A stretch of 23,676 nt of DNA, from the NCBI GenBank assembly GCA_044236265.1, contig JBIIGV010000039.1:1-23676 (forward strand). Direction: 5' to 3'. The stretch comes from Oligoflexales bacterium. Lineage in GTDB: Bacteria > Bdellovibrionota_B > Oligoflexia > Oligoflexales > RGVZ01. The position numbers were made by a program, and so were the translations under genes. Shown here one piece after another: positions 9,355 to 17,639 of this stretch. Every line of letters starts with the position of its first letter. Position 1 is the first letter of the stretch. Below the pieces are notes generated by a model. That model was not told the origin of the DNA. It did no database searches and was given only the letters and a program-made list of their open reading frames with translations.

Positions 9355-10089
9355 TTAGTCGGTGATAACGATAGGAATTTCCTTTGAGTACCAAGAGCTT
9401 GATTTCTGTCCTCCGACATCGGGATTGCAGCTTTCAAGGTGGCCAGTAATCGATCGTCTAACGTAAATTTTGGCTCTACCTAACGGAAATTCTTTTAACT
9501 CTTCTCTCGTGAAAGTTACGGAGGGCGGGTTGATGACAGTTTTTTGAAAGGTAACGGGATTGGATGCTGAGTCGCTTGTAATGTGAACAGTTACCGTGGT
9601 GCGTGTGTCTAAATCGTCTCCAGAAAGTTCAACTGTGATGCCAGCATCTAGCGAGTTTTCGGAGTCGGGTTGCGGGGCTTTTACAAATAGTGCTTTAGGT
9701 GTTTCTAGGATATTTGTGAGCACTTCGCCGGAACTAGTCGTCCAGGCAAATGTGTAGTGTTCGGCAGGGGTTTTCGTGGTTGTTTCCAGTTTGTAGTAGC
9801 TACCTGTTGTGTCAATCACGGCTTCACTGCCATCGTGGTATACCATCTGCTTGTTATCAACGCTCACATTGCTAGGTGAAATCAGTCTTACGGTGGTGCC
9901 TGTTCGACCAGCTACTCTATATTGTGCGTGCATGAATAGTTTTGCTGAGCTCTCGAAATATCTCAGCTCATAGGATTGATAGATTTTATCGTTATTGACA
10001 TCTGTTGAATCAATGGTGTCTGTAGATGCGCCGCAGGAGCTTAACATCTTACCTACCAACACGAATGCAAAAGCAAACTTAGTTTTCAT
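9355..10089 (-). CDS. Hypothetical beta-rich lipoprotein
   Basis: 244-aa ORF with lipobox MLSSC and GAGGGAG SD; first gene of a three-gene minus-strand operon. Confidence 0.82.
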   Translation of the reverse strand: MKTKFAFAFVLVGKMLSSCGASTDTIDSTDVNNDKIYQSYELRYFESSAKLFMHAQYRVAGRTGTTVRLISPSNVSVDNKQMVYHDGSEAVIDTTGSYYKLETTTKTPAEHYTFAWTTSSGEVLTNILETPKALFVKAPQPDSENSLDAGITVELSGDDLDTRTTVTVHITSDSASNPVTFQKTVINPPSVTFTREELKEFPLGRAKIYVRRSITGHLESCNPDVGGQKSSSWYSKEIPIVITD

Positions 10090-10187
10090 TGGTTACTCCC
10101 TCTAGTGTTATTCCGGACCAGCTCAAGCCTTCTTTAACTGCCCACATGTGTATTGTCGGCGCCTTAAGGGGCAGGTGTGAGGGTATA

Positions 10188-10204
10188 GCGTACACAGTGT
10201 ACGC
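10188..10204. promoter_or_regulatory. Perfect 17-bp palindrome, candidate operator
   Basis: GCGTACAC-A-GTGTACGC in the divergent intergenic region upstream of the first TIGR02147 operon. Confidence 0.5.
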
Positions 10205-10511
10205 ATAATGAGTACGATATTTAAAAAAAAGAAATCGTATTAGTGGTTTAAGACGAAATAGTCATAGCCCCAAGTTTTATGGAGGCACAGCGACCGTAGA
10301 AAAGGATTAAGTTGGGGCTTAGTCTGTTTTCCCCAAATGACTGTATGACTAAGGTGTTTGATCAACATGGCCTTTTGGGTTCTTTTTGAGTTTCTGTCAA
10401 AGCAAGGGGAGGGGATGTTATTCCAGTCCACTTGATTCAACGTGCATTGTCTCATTATGATAAGAGAGCTGAAGAACGAGACGGTTTATACAAAAATAGC
10501 GGGGCCTAATC

Positions 10512-10979
10512 ATGAGCAATCCAGGTGTAAAGACAGAAACCCTAAAAAACTTTCAGCTATTTGCCGGATTGTCAGCCAACGATCTTGAACACATCGCCAA
10601 CGTTTTGAAGCATCACGTGGCGCCTCAGGGCACTCAGTTGATTAAGCAAGAGCGTAATGATGGTGAAGTTTTCTTTATCGTCGAGGGTCGTATTCGCGTA
10701 GAGATGATTGGTGTCGATGGCAAGGCCATGGAAATTCTGACGACTTTAAATGCTGGCGACACGGTCGGGGAGTTGGCCCTGGCGCGCGTTGGTCGCCGCA
10801 CAGCGTCAGCGGTCGCTCAGATGGATGCGCAGCTCTATACGGCCGAGGCATCCGCGCTGAATGCATTGTTTGAAAAACATCCAGAAATCGGACTGCAGGT
10901 ATTTAGAAATTTATCCAAAGTTTTGGCCAGTCGACTAGTAGACACAAACTTTCTTGTTCGCAACGCGGCAGCACGCTAA
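10512..10979 (+). CDS. Stand-alone cyclic nucleotide-binding domain protein
   Basis: LFAGLS...LIKQ...FFIVEGRIRV...GDTVGELAL...RRTASAVA phosphate-binding cassette; no C-terminal HTH. Confidence 0.9.
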   Translation: MSNPGVKTETLKNFQLFAGLSANDLEHIANVLKHHVAPQGTQLIKQERNDGEVFFIVEGRIRVEMIGVDGKAMEILTTLNAGDTVGELALARVGRRTASAVAQMDAQLYTAEASALNALFEKHPEIGLQVFRNLSKVLASRLVDTNFLVRNAAAR

Positions 10980-10989
10980 TTATTTTGAC

Positions 10990-12453
10990 TTAATCCAATA
11001 ATGCATCCAGTCCTTGCCGGGTTTTAATGGATGGTACATTCGTCTTTCCAGCAGCTCCTGTGAATACAGGGCGGTACATGTCATTGCCGCGGATAATGCT
11101 TTTCCTTTTCGGTAAGCAGGCAGATCCTCTCTTTAAGCAGGTGATAGCCCTTTGGTAGCCTAGATTCATTTCGTAATTGTATCGTTGCGCCATTGTGTTT
11201 CCAGTCAGGTCGTCTGGACGATCCAATAGTAGTTTTTTCTCTGCCTCGGTGGGTAACATCTCCAGGTCTGTCCACCAGCGCGAGACTTCCTGTAGATCAT
11301 TAATTTCAACATCATACCAAGTCTTCATCACGGTCGACTCTGTGGTGCCATACTCCCATCGACCTGAGGAAAGAGCGCGAGCCGCAGGAAATAGACGCTT
11401 TGCATCTTGCATAACGCCTGGCATGGAAAATCCACCGTTATAGACCCGGGTTTTTCTCTGGAGGCCGTTTACAGAATAGCGCACTAATTTCGCATCTGTG
11501 GTTTCAGAGATTGGAAGAAAGTAGGTGGGTTCAGCAATGCTGGCAAGCACGGCTAACTTAACGTCCTCACCGTTTTCCATTAGCCTGACGTCACACAGGC
11601 GTTCTTCTTGGCTGATATTTTCAGTTAAATATTTAAACATCACAGGATCTGCAAAATAGGTGCAAATCTTCCCGATTTTCACCAGTCGAGAGGAAGGCGC
11701 ATAGCCGGATTCCCAATAAGAAAAATCTCCCATATCAAAGCGCCTCGTTTGTGCGCTCGGAGTAGCCAGCCAGGCGCGCCTATCGTTGATATCCTGGTTG
11801 GAGGTGGTGATGATTGTTGGTAGCTGCGGCACACAAGACCCTTTACCCGTGATGTGGTCGACCAGCGGGATCATAGGGTTAATCGGTGCTCCAAATTCCC
11901 GGCCTTGTTTGATTGCAGAAAGAATTTCCAGAATTTTTTCAGAGGTACTCTCTTTTACGAGTGAGGCGGGAAATTGTGTCATGATGGTTTGAGCTTCGCG
12001 GATTGAATCAGCCGTAAATCCACGACAGGTAAACCACGCAGCGAGAACTGAGCCGCTGCTATTACCCGTGATGACAATATCGCCGCCGGTTTGAGCGGCC
12101 GGGTTTGTCTCTCGTCTAAGAAGCCCCATGCGTTCGTATGCTGCTTTCGTGCCGCCAATATCCCAGGTCAGGGCTGTGCCTTTGCCTTGGTAGGCGTAAA
12201 TGAGTTTCGGGTTAATAGTCTCCGCGCGATTAGCTGCGATTTTCATTTGCATGCCAGAGCGAGTCGTTATGATTTTAGTTCCGCCCTGAAGAACCGGAGT
12301 TGCCACTTCATTTTGCGGCTGTGTCTGATCGGTTATTTTTTCTGGTTTCTTTGACGAAATGGACTCTTTGCCGGTACCGCAGGCTGCGACCACGAAGAGA
12401 CTTGCGATCAAAACACTCTGCTCTCGAAATCTCTTGTTCGGTGTAAGGCTCAT
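10990..12453 (-). CDS. Patatin-like phospholipase lipoprotein (atypical)
   Basis: Lipobox VAAC; oxyanion loop-like DIGGTKAAY; GNSSG nucleophile elbow; ASIAEPTYF; YNGGF at the DGG position. Confidence 0.72.
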   Translation of the reverse strand: MSLTPNKRFREQSVLIASLFVVAACGTGKESISSKKPEKITDQTQPQNEVATPVLQGGTKIITTRSGMQMKIAANRAETINPKLIYAYQGKGTALTWDIGGTKAAYERMGLLRRETNPAAQTGGDIVITGNSSGSVLAAWFTCRGFTADSIREAQTIMTQFPASLVKESTSEKILEILSAIKQGREFGAPINPMIPLVDHITGKGSCVPQLPTIITTSNQDINDRRAWLATPSAQTRRFDMGDFSYWESGYAPSSRLVKIGKICTYFADPVMFKYLTENISQEERLCDVRLMENGEDVKLAVLASIAEPTYFLPISETTDAKLVRYSVNGLQRKTRVYNGGFSMPGVMQDAKRLFPAARALSSGRWEYGTTESTVMKTWYDVEINDLQEVSRWWTDLEMLPTEAEKKLLLDRPDDLTGNTMAQRYNYEMNLGYQRAITCLKRGSACLPKRKSIIRGNDMYRPVFTGAAGKTNVPSIKTRQGLDALLD

Positions 12454-12697
12454 GACATTCGTCCTTGGGGGCGCTGTGCGTCAGCTCTTTCGCACGGGGA
12501 GGCCAAGATTGGCCAGTGATGATTTTATTAACAAATTTATTAAAATAGTCAAGTTATTTTAATAGAATCATTTAGAAATGCTGACTGTCTCGAAAATAGG
12601 TCGCAGGAGTGCCTGCATTCAATCTTATAAGGTCCCGAATTAATTGGAGCTACGAGTTGGAGGTGTCCGCTGGTACCAGTTTTATTAATAGGTTATA

Positions 12698-12714
12698 TTT
12701 TTACAATGTAAAAA
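12698..12714. promoter_or_regulatory. Perfect 17-bp palindrome, candidate operator
   Basis: TTTTTACA-A-TGTAAAAA ending 19 nt upstream of the sigma28-like -35 of the second TIGR02147 operon. AT-rich, so chance occurrence is possible. Confidence 0.4.
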
Positions 12715-12733
12715 CTAAAAGTCTTTAATTTGC

Positions 12734-12760
12734 TAAATTTTTTAGATAAATTACCGATAA
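12734..12760 (+). promoter_or_regulatory. sigma28/FliA-type promoter
   Basis: TAAA-N15-ACCGATAA, one mismatch to TAAA-N15-GCCGATAA, ending 22 nt before GTG 12783; GAGGTG SD follows. Confidence 0.65.
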
Positions 12761-12782
12761 GTGATTAAGAGGTGCATGAATC

Positions 12783-13601
12783 GTGGATCGTCCTGTCATT
12801 ACAACTTACAAAGACCCCGTTCGCTTCCTGGCGGATATGTTGGCTTTTCGTAAAGCGCAGGATCCCAGTTTTTCGGTTCTGGCTATGACGCGTTCCCTGC
12901 GAAGAATCTCGCCAACGCTCGTCTCTTTAATTCTGAGAGGGCAGCGCAAAGTTACGTTGGACCGCGTCGATGAGCTGAGTAAGTTGCTTGGTCTCATGCC
13001 TGCCGAAAAACAGTACTTCAGAGATTGGATCGCTCGCGCAGAGGATCCCAAGGCTGAGCAAGCGGTCCAGAAGTTTGCTGAAACACCAGCCACGCGTCGT
13101 AAGTTAACCTCAAGTCACATTCTCAACGATTGGGTTAACGTCTTTGTCAAAGATGCCTTTGACCTTGAGCATATCCGGTCTAATCCAGATGAAATCTATG
13201 CGCTATTGGGTGGTGTTGCATCCAAGAAACGTATTGATCAGTCGATTAAGTTTTTACTGCAGCATGGGTATTTGAGGCGAAATGCTCAGGGTCATTTCGT
13301 TCCGGAAGTTCCTTTGCATTCTGTGGATCAAAAGATCCCTAATGATAAGGTACGAAAATTTCACAAGGCTCTTCTTCACAACGCCAAAGAGGCTATAGAC
13401 CAATACTCTTCAGATCAAAGATACGCTAACGCCTTGGTTCTTTCGCTGAACCAAGAGACATACCAAAAACTTTTAGCCTTGATTGCAGAGCAAGCTGAGT
13501 CATTGCAGTCATTTGCTGAAAATTTGCAGGAGGGATCAATGCTTTATCAGGTTACCATCAACGTCAGTCCTACGGGAGGCCACCTTGAAAAAAATAAATA
13601 A
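12783..13601 (+). CDS. TIGR02147 / DUF4423 family protein with N-terminal HTH
   Basis: RPVITTYKDPVRFLADML...DPSFS...SPTLVSLILRGQRKVT, YFRDW, DWVNVFVKD, LLQHGYL, VRKFHKALL...A, LYQVTINVSP. Confidence 0.88.
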   Translation: MDRPVITTYKDPVRFLADMLAFRKAQDPSFSVLAMTRSLRRISPTLVSLILRGQRKVTLDRVDELSKLLGLMPAEKQYFRDWIARAEDPKAEQAVQKFAETPATRRKLTSSHILNDWVNVFVKDAFDLEHIRSNPDEIYALLGGVASKKRIDQSIKFLLQHGYLRRNAQGHFVPEVPLHSVDQKIPNDKVRKFHKALLHNAKEAIDQYSSDQRYANALVLSLNQETYQKLLALIAEQAESLQSFAENLQEGSMLYQVTINVSPTGGHLEKNK

Positions 13602-14811
13602 AAACAAAATCTATTCTTGGACACTTTTGCTGGCCGGTGGGCTGAACTTGTTCTGCTCTGAAATTCTCATGGCCAAGGCGGTTCCGTCTTCTACATTCGT
13701 TGGAAACGGCGGCGACGCGCAAGATTTGGATCTTGGCGTTACGCTTGCAGTCATATCGAATGTAAGTCAGAGTCTCGACGCCGGATCCAAAGATACGCTT
13801 TGTAAGTGTTCTGATGAGTGGCAGGAAAACGATATCTGCAGAGTGCTACGGCAGCTTTCATCCCAAGAAGTAAAAGCGTGTCAGCAAATTCTTCTAACTT
13901 ACGGCCAGCAGTTGTCCGAACTCGCCGGTCGAAAATCTCCAGTTGTTTATGACTGGTCTTACTCTGATATGTCGGTGCGGTCTCAAGCCCAGTCACAGAG
14001 GGGGCGTCCAGTTGATGCCGTTACGCAGCCACAAAAAAAGCGCATCATCATAAATAGGTCAAGGTTCCAGGCGATGCCGCCTTCCTATCGCGTGGCTCTT
14101 ATCACGCACGAGTTGTTTCATTTGATACCGTTTGAAAAGGGTCTTTTGACCGATGAGGAGCCTGCCCCTCCATTTGCGTCAGGTCGCGCCATGCTGAATG
14201 CGTTAGGTGCTGCTATTGCAATGGAAGCTAATGAGCGTCAGGTTTTTAAGGACTTTAATGAGCTTCGTGACGTCTCACGTGCAGGTAAGGTGCACCGTCT
14301 TTATCTAGAGGGTCGAAATATTCGACATCCAGAGAAAAGCGCCAACTCGCTTCTCAAAAGTACTAACAGTGGAGGAACTGCATTAGGTTACATCTATCAG
14401 CCAGGTAGTCTCGGATTAAACATTTCAGTTGAAACCACTGGATATTCAGGCTCGGCATTTGGTATCGGGATTTCAGAGAAGCAAGCCATCTATCAACTGG
14501 GAGTCCAATACCGATTTTTCCCATGGAATGGCTACCTTTCGCGATGGAATGAATTGTATGTCACGACTGGTTTTAATGCTGGATTTGGAACGTCATATTA
14601 CAAGGCTTCAAGTAAGTACGTTGATAAAAGCGACAAGGGGTCCCTTCTGAGCATTGGGGGAGCGGCAAAAATGTTTATTCCACTTAATAGGGATTTGTGG
14701 ATCACAGTCGGCAGCGAGTTTCGACAGTTGCGTTACGAGTATAAAACGCTAAGGATAAAGACGATTGAAAATCAAGTTGTGAATACGATTGGGGGTGCTT
14801 ATGGATTCTAA
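13585..14811 (+). CDS. Secreted protein with GNGG motif, HExxH (zincin-like) domain and C-terminal outer-membrane beta-barrel
   Basis: Likely TTG start at 13585 (GGGAGG SD at 13574-13579, overlapping the end of the upstream gene). Signal peptide, VGNGGD, ALITHELFH, amphipathic beta strands, terminal GGAYGF (BAM-type C-terminal Phe). Confidence 0.75.
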   Translation: MKKINKNKIYSWTLLLAGGLNLFCSEILMAKAVPSSTFVGNGGDAQDLDLGVTLAVISNVSQSLDAGSKDTLCKCSDEWQENDICRVLRQLSSQEVKACQQILLTYGQQLSELAGRKSPVVYDWSYSDMSVRSQAQSQRGRPVDAVTQPQKKRIIINRSRFQAMPPSYRVALITHELFHLIPFEKGLLTDEEPAPPFASGRAMLNALGAAIAMEANERQVFKDFNELRDVSRAGKVHRLYLEGRNIRHPEKSANSLLKSTNSGGTALGYIYQPGSLGLNISVETTGYSGSAFGIGISEKQAIYQLGVQYRFFPWNGYLSRWNELYVTTGFNAGFGTSYYKASSKYVDKSDKGSLLSIGGAAKMFIPLNRDLWITVGSEFRQLRYEYKTLRIKTIENQVVNTIGGAYGF

Positions 14812-15979
14812 AATTTTCACCATGCTTCTGGCAGCATTTATATTAGTTTCTTGTGGAGCCGATGGTAACTCGAGCAAGGGAATAATCGGTAGTCCATTGC
14901 AACAAGAGTCGGGAATATTCAACTCATACGGTATTGAGACTTCGAAGGTATTTGTCGTTGATGAGACGACCGATAGGCTATTGGGTATTGGTCTCTCTGA
15001 CTTTGCGATCAAGCATCAGTTTGAGCTGAAGAAGAAAGAGGATGAGCACGTCACAATTATGGACATCAACGAAAAGTTTGTGATCGACTTTTCCAAGAAA
15101 CATCTGAATATTTATGGCCTTGATGGCGGTGTTTATGATCGTCCGTTTAATTTTCAAGGCACGCCGACGTCTGCTGCTTACAATCCTTTTACGCGGACGA
15201 TGATTATACAAGATAACCTACAAAGCGTCGGCATGATGCAACTGGCAGAAAACGGGTCGATCACCAGCTCTTGGCTTGGTGGCCCCCAACTTGCTAGCGG
15301 CACGTCGATCGTGGCGGGTGACTTGGATAAGACTGGCCGCCTGGTACTTGCGATGAGTGACGAGACGATGGCGGTCGTTGATGTTACTCAATCCATTGCG
15401 CAACAGTCTTGGCAGCAAACTGCATTCAGTCCAGGCCTCGGTAAAGTGACGTGGGTTGCTCCTGATAGCCGTAATCCAGATTTGCTGTTAGTTTCGTCCA
15501 GTACCAAAATTGCTATTATAAACTCGGCCACAAAGGTTGTCGTGGACCAGAAGACGCTTGATAGTTCCTCGAGTATTAGATTTTCATCCAAAGCTGGTCT
15601 TGGGCATGTTTTCACTGAAAAAGCTGGCGTAGTCAGTCTTTATTTTATCAATAGTCAGGGTGCCATAGGTGTAGAAAGTTTGGCGCAGGCGAGTTTGACA
15701 GGGCTGAAACAGTCGTTCCTTAGTGCAGATGCCGCTTCAATAACCCTGCTGTTTGAAGTTGGATATCGGGAGCGCTCCGTTCTGAAGATGCGCCTTTCTG
15801 ACGCGCTAGTGGAAGTTGAAAAGAGTATCGATACGACTGGTGAGACAAGCATCAATGGCTCAACGGTTTTTGTCAATTTTAAGGATCCTTTAGGTGCTCT
15901 GGAACTTCACAGTTTGACGAGTGATGATGTAAAGCGCTTAGAAGGTTATAATTTTGACTATCTTAGAGCCCATAACTGA
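14801..15979 (+). CDS. Lipoprotein, probable beta-propeller
   Basis: Likely ATG 14801 (GGGGG SD); lipobox ILVSC; repeated blade-like segments (VFVVDE, AAYNP, MAVVDV, WVAPDS, IAIINS); overlaps the upstream stop. Confidence 0.78.
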   Translation: MDSKIFTMLLAAFILVSCGADGNSSKGIIGSPLQQESGIFNSYGIETSKVFVVDETTDRLLGIGLSDFAIKHQFELKKKEDEHVTIMDINEKFVIDFSKKHLNIYGLDGGVYDRPFNFQGTPTSAAYNPFTRTMIIQDNLQSVGMMQLAENGSITSSWLGGPQLASGTSIVAGDLDKTGRLVLAMSDETMAVVDVTQSIAQQSWQQTAFSPGLGKVTWVAPDSRNPDLLLVSSSTKIAIINSATKVVVDQKTLDSSSSIRFSSKAGLGHVFTEKAGVVSLYFINSQGAIGVESLAQASLTGLKQSFLSADAASITLLFEVGYRERSVLKMRLSDALVEVEKSIDTTGETSINGSTVFVNFKDPLGALELHSLTSDDVKRLEGYNFDYLRAHN

Positions 15980-15992
15980 GCTCTGACATCTC

Positions 15993-16060
15993 TGTTTACG
16001 CCTCCTCGTCCATTAAGTTAATCTCCAGCAGGAGATATGACACACGAGGGGGCGTAAACA
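15993..16060 (+). promoter_or_regulatory. Predicted RNA stem sequestering the SD and first start-codon base of the type III PKS
   Basis: TGTTTACGCCTCCTCGT (15993-16009) pairs with ACGAGGGGGCGTAAACA (16044-16060): 16 Watson-Crick pairs plus one G-U. Inner hairpin ATCTCC-AGCA-GGAGAT at 16021-16036. Confidence 0.65.
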
Positions 16061-17136
16061 TGTATATTTTATCCGTTGGAATGGCCTTTCCTGGCCCGCT
16101 GCATAAACAAGATGATTTATTACCAGAGCTCAGTCGAGCCTGGGGTGACAGAGTCACCGATCGGGAAAGAAGCCTTCTCGAACGACTGTCTAAATCTGCT
16201 GGTGTCCAATCAAAGCATCTGGCTATGGATCCTGGTGATTACTCGGTGAAGACGAGCTTTACTGAGCGGAATCGAGTGTTTCAATCGGTTGGGCTTGAGC
16301 TTGGAAATCAGGCGGTGTCGTCAGCTCTAAATGCAGTGGATGCGCTTGCGTCAGATATTGATGCAATTTTCTTTACGACAGTTACCGGTTTGTCGGTTCC
16401 AAGTGTCGACTCGTTGGTGGCAGGCTCGCTTGGAATGCGAGAAAATATCAAACGCGTTCCACTTTTTGGTTTGGGCTGCGTTGCTGGTGTCGCTGGCTTG
16501 GCGCGTGTTCATGACTACTTGTTGGCATGGCCGACCCATGCGGTTGTTCTTTTGGCTGTCGAGCTTTGTTCTTTGACGCTTCAAATTGATGACTTAAGCC
16601 CCGAGAGCATCGTCGCTTCGACGCTGTTTGGTGATGGTGCCGCTGCCGTATTGTGTGTCGGTGAGAATCATCCGCTAGTGGGCCGTGCGGCTCTGGAGTC
16701 CTTGGCGTCGACGTCAAGGCTTTACCCGAACACCAAGCACATCATGGGTTGGGATGTGGGTAGCCATGGTTTTAAGATTTTGTTGGACCCAGGTGTGCCG
16801 CAGTTGGTTAAGGATTTCTTTGCTGACGATGTTCGGCGATTTCTTTCTCAACATAATTTGGAAACAAGCGACATTCGTTCATGGATCAGTCATCCTGGTG
16901 GACCAAAGGTTCTGCAAGCGTTGACGTCATCTCTTGATCTGACAGATGACGCGCTTTCAGTGTCACGGCGGCAGTTGGCGCAGGTTGGCAATTTAAGTAG
17001 TGCTAGCGTCTTAGGAATTCTCAAGCAAACGATCATTGAGCATGGAGATAAGATGGTGAAACCAAGTGATCATGCTTTGATGATGGCGATGGGGCCAGGA
17101 TTTTGTTCGGAGCAGCTACTATGTCGCTGGACTTGA
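16060..17136 (+). CDS. Type III polyketide synthase (SrsA/BpsA-like)
   Basis: Cys-His-Asn triad in GLGCVAG, SHPGG, GNLSSAS; also VELCSL, LFGDGAAA, MGPGF. Confidence 0.95.
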   Translation: MYILSVGMAFPGPLHKQDDLLPELSRAWGDRVTDRERSLLERLSKSAGVQSKHLAMDPGDYSVKTSFTERNRVFQSVGLELGNQAVSSALNAVDALASDIDAIFFTTVTGLSVPSVDSLVAGSLGMRENIKRVPLFGLGCVAGVAGLARVHDYLLAWPTHAVVLLAVELCSLTLQIDDLSPESIVASTLFGDGAAAVLCVGENHPLVGRAALESLASTSRLYPNTKHIMGWDVGSHGFKILLDPGVPQLVKDFFADDVRRFLSQHNLETSDIRSWISHPGGPKVLQALTSSLDLTDDALSVSRRQLAQVGNLSSASVLGILKQTIIEHGDKMVKPSDHALMMAMGPGFCSEQLLCRWT

Positions 17137-17639
17137 TAGCTGTTATTCTATTTTTAGGAACCATCGTCGAGCGATTGTTTGAACTGGTGGTGTCAGGGCG
17201 CAATGCCCAATGGAGCCTGAGTCGTGGGGGGGTTGAGTATGGTGCTAACCATTACCGGTGGATGGTGGTGATGCACAGTGCGTTTCTCGTCGCGATGATC
17301 CTTGAGTTTCTTATATTTAATCCTGACGTGTCTCATGGTGTTCGTTTCGCGGCGATCGTGGTTGCCATGCTCTGCCAGATTATGCGCTGGTGGATCATTC
17401 ATACGCTCGGTCATCAGTGGAACACGCGCGTGATCGTAGTTGCTGGAATGGAGCGTGTCAGGCGTGGTCCTTACCGATTTCTGAATCATCCCAATTATGT
17501 TGTAGTCGCTCTTGAAACTGTTGCTTTGCCGCTGGCTTTTGGTGCATGGCGCACGGCATTTGTTTTTTCCTTCTTGAATGCATTGATGATGCGTGTGCGA
17601 ATTGGGGTTGAAAACCAAGCGCTGAAGGAGTTGCGATGA
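17121..17639 (+). CDS. ICMT-family membrane methyltransferase (SrsB/BpsB-like)
   Basis: ERLFELVVSGRN...GGVEYG..HY, RWWIIHTLGHQWNTRV, GPYRFLNHPNY, RIGVENQAL. Start ATG 17121 with GGAG SD, overlapping the PKS end. Confidence 0.92.
   Translation: MSLDLIAVILFLGTIVERLFELVVSGRNAQWSLSRGGVEYGANHYRWMVVMHSAFLVAMILEFLIFNPDVSHGVRFAAIVVAMLCQIMRWWIIHTLGHQWNTRVIVVAGMERVRRGPYRFLNHPNYVVVALETVALPLAFGAWRTAFVFSFLNALMMRVRIGVENQALKELR

Noticed and set aside
10240..10455. 71-aa minus-strand intergenic ORF
   Set aside because: No clear SD or recognisable motif; lies in a divergent promoter region.
10512..12453. CBASS-like defence system (patatin effector plus nucleotide sensor)
   Set aside because: No CD-NTase; the patatin is an exported lipoprotein and the genes are convergent.
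12454..12520. Minus-strand GAAAGAGCTGACGCACAGC resembling part of a c-di-GMP-I riboswitch upstream of the patatin gene
   Set aside because: The stem around GAAA does not pair, the GGCAAA element is absent, and there is no room for the second hairpin before the start codon.
13483..13584. N-terminal extension of the HExxH/barrel ORF
   Set aside because: Overlaps the TIGR02147 gene by over 100 nt; TTG 13585 has a GGGAGG SD and gives a proper signal peptide.
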